Of a stretch of 64,000 nucleotides of DNA, positions 62,510 to 64,000 are shown piece after piece. The first letter of the stretch is position 1; each line of letters starts with the position of its first letter. The stretch is from Raja brachyura (taxonomy: Eukaryota): NCBI GenBank assembly GCA_963514005.1, contig OY740789.1, positions 1,054,001-1,118,000 on the forward strand, in the 5' to 3' direction. Position numbers and translations under genes: made by a program. The notes beneath the pieces were generated by a model that did not search any database, was not told the DNA's origin, and saw only the letters and a list, made by a program, of their open reading frames with translations.

Positions 62510-64000
62510 TACGGGGTTGGTATTGATGGCATTGCCCTGAGCTGGTTCATCTCCTACCCCAAAGGTAGGAGTTTCTGTACTAACATAGGCAACTCTCTCT
62601 CCTCCCCAGCTAGCCTCTGCTGCGGGGTTCCACAAGGTTCCATCCTTGGCCCCATTCTCTTCTCCCTGTGTATGTTCCCCCTGGGCCATGTCATTCAAAG
62701 GCCGGCATTTCCTTCCACTGCTATGCAGACGATACACAACTCTATCTCTCCCTGAAACCCAACGACCGATCAAATCTACTCAGGCTTATGCACTGTCTCG
62801 AGGATATAAAGTGTTGGATGGCCCAGAACTTCCTGCAACTAAACGAGAGCAAGTCTGTAATCCGACTCGGCCCCTCGTACGCCACCAAAGCGACAGCAGG
62901 CAGCCTTGGAAGCCTAACCTCCTGACTCAAACCGCACGTCAAGAACCTTGGTGTGATATTTGACTCCGCGTTGAAGATTGATAAACAGGTCAATGCCGTG
63001 GTAAAAGCTGGCTTCTTCCAGCTTCGCACGATAGCAAAAATCACACCATTCCTCCAATTCCACGACCTTGAAAAGATCATCCACGCATTCACCTCCTCCC
63101 GCCTTGATTACTGCAACTCCGTATACACTGGCATCAGACAATCATCCCTGTCCCACCTGCAACTGGTTCAAAACGCTGCAGCGAGACTTGTGACAGGTAC
63201 CTGTAAAAGGGACCACATCACCCCGATCCTGGCCTCTCTCCACTGGCTCCCTGTGTGGTACAGAATCAGTTTCAAGCTCCTCCTATATGTATACAAAGCC
63301 CTTAACGGGCTTGCCTCCCCCACCCTATATCACAAATCGTCTAACCCACCATTCCACCTCCAGGTCCCTCAGGTCGGCCGACTTGGGGTTACTGACCATC
63401 CCACGGTCCAGGTTTAAGCTTTTGTGGTTGCAGCACCTAGACTGTGGAACAGCATCCCTCTCCTCATCAGAATTGCCCCCTCCATCGACTCCTTTAAGTC
63501 TAGACTTAAAACCTATTTCTACTCGCAAGCGTTTCTTGAGGTCCTCTGAGGGGGCGCTGTAAACAGTTAATGTACGTATTGTTAGATCTATGTACCACTG
63601 TATGTAGCACATTAGTACCTGCACTGATGGAAAGCACTTTGGTCAACGAGAGTTGTTTTTAAATGTGCCGTACAAATAACATTGACTTGACTAGCAGGTT
63701 TAGCTGAATACCAGCATTAGGACCCTGTGTACTCTTTACATCTCGTGCAACAAGGGGCGTTTACATTCAGTGTCGCCCAGAGGGAGCCTGCATCAGCTGC
63801 CATCTCGTGGTGCATATTTGTATTACAGATTTTTGGATTTTAGATTGAATTTTGAACATTACCTGTGACCAGAGGATGGTGCTATGACCACTGGGTTGCA
63901 CTGATACAGATATGTTCTTTGTTACCATAGTTTAGCTTCCTTTAGTGTCACGTTTACAGAGGAATAGTGAAAAGCTGTTGTTGCGTGCTAACTACTCAGC

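Larger units (their letters stand above)
58716..63692 (+). mobile_element. L2 LINE, frameshifted, with its central RT part replaced by a CR1 insertion
   Basis: YKRQTLLDIR, NKTFILNAFF...DFLLVTETWL, GDFNIH, SDH; then GVPQGSILGP, YADDTQLY, SRLDYCNS, QNAAARL, LHWLPV; 3' end gaaagcactttg...aaataac(ttgac)n. Confidence 0.88.

Overview
Repeat-saturated eukaryotic DNA from a cartilaginous fish, probably a skate or ray (inferred from the Ig VH sequence and the CR1/SINE landscape). The only confidently identifiable host gene is an immunoglobulin heavy-chain V gene on the minus strand. It has a 46-nt leader exon (6890-6935) and an in-frame, already joined V(D)J exon (6337-6708) with intact splice sites and no RSS; its constant exons are not in the window. 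The rest is nested mobile DNA: many CR1 LINE copies, a deleted ERV (env TM remnant, PPT, LTR), Rex1/Babar and L2 LINEs, Penelope-like elements, tRNA-derived SINEs and a TIR element. It also holds a structurally complete DIRS1-type tyrosine-recombinase retrotransposon (47688-56084) that sits inside one CR1 and is interrupted by another. Other notable structures: two ~92-nt hammerhead-ribozyme-bearing mini-elements with 13-14 bp TSDs, an old tandem duplication containing two near-identical ~200-bp islands, and a 30-bp AGCT-containing minisatellite next to a G-tract and a CpG-rich putative first exon. There is an assembly gap at 10632-11254. Repeat boundaries were read by eye and are approximate unless a junction is quoted.
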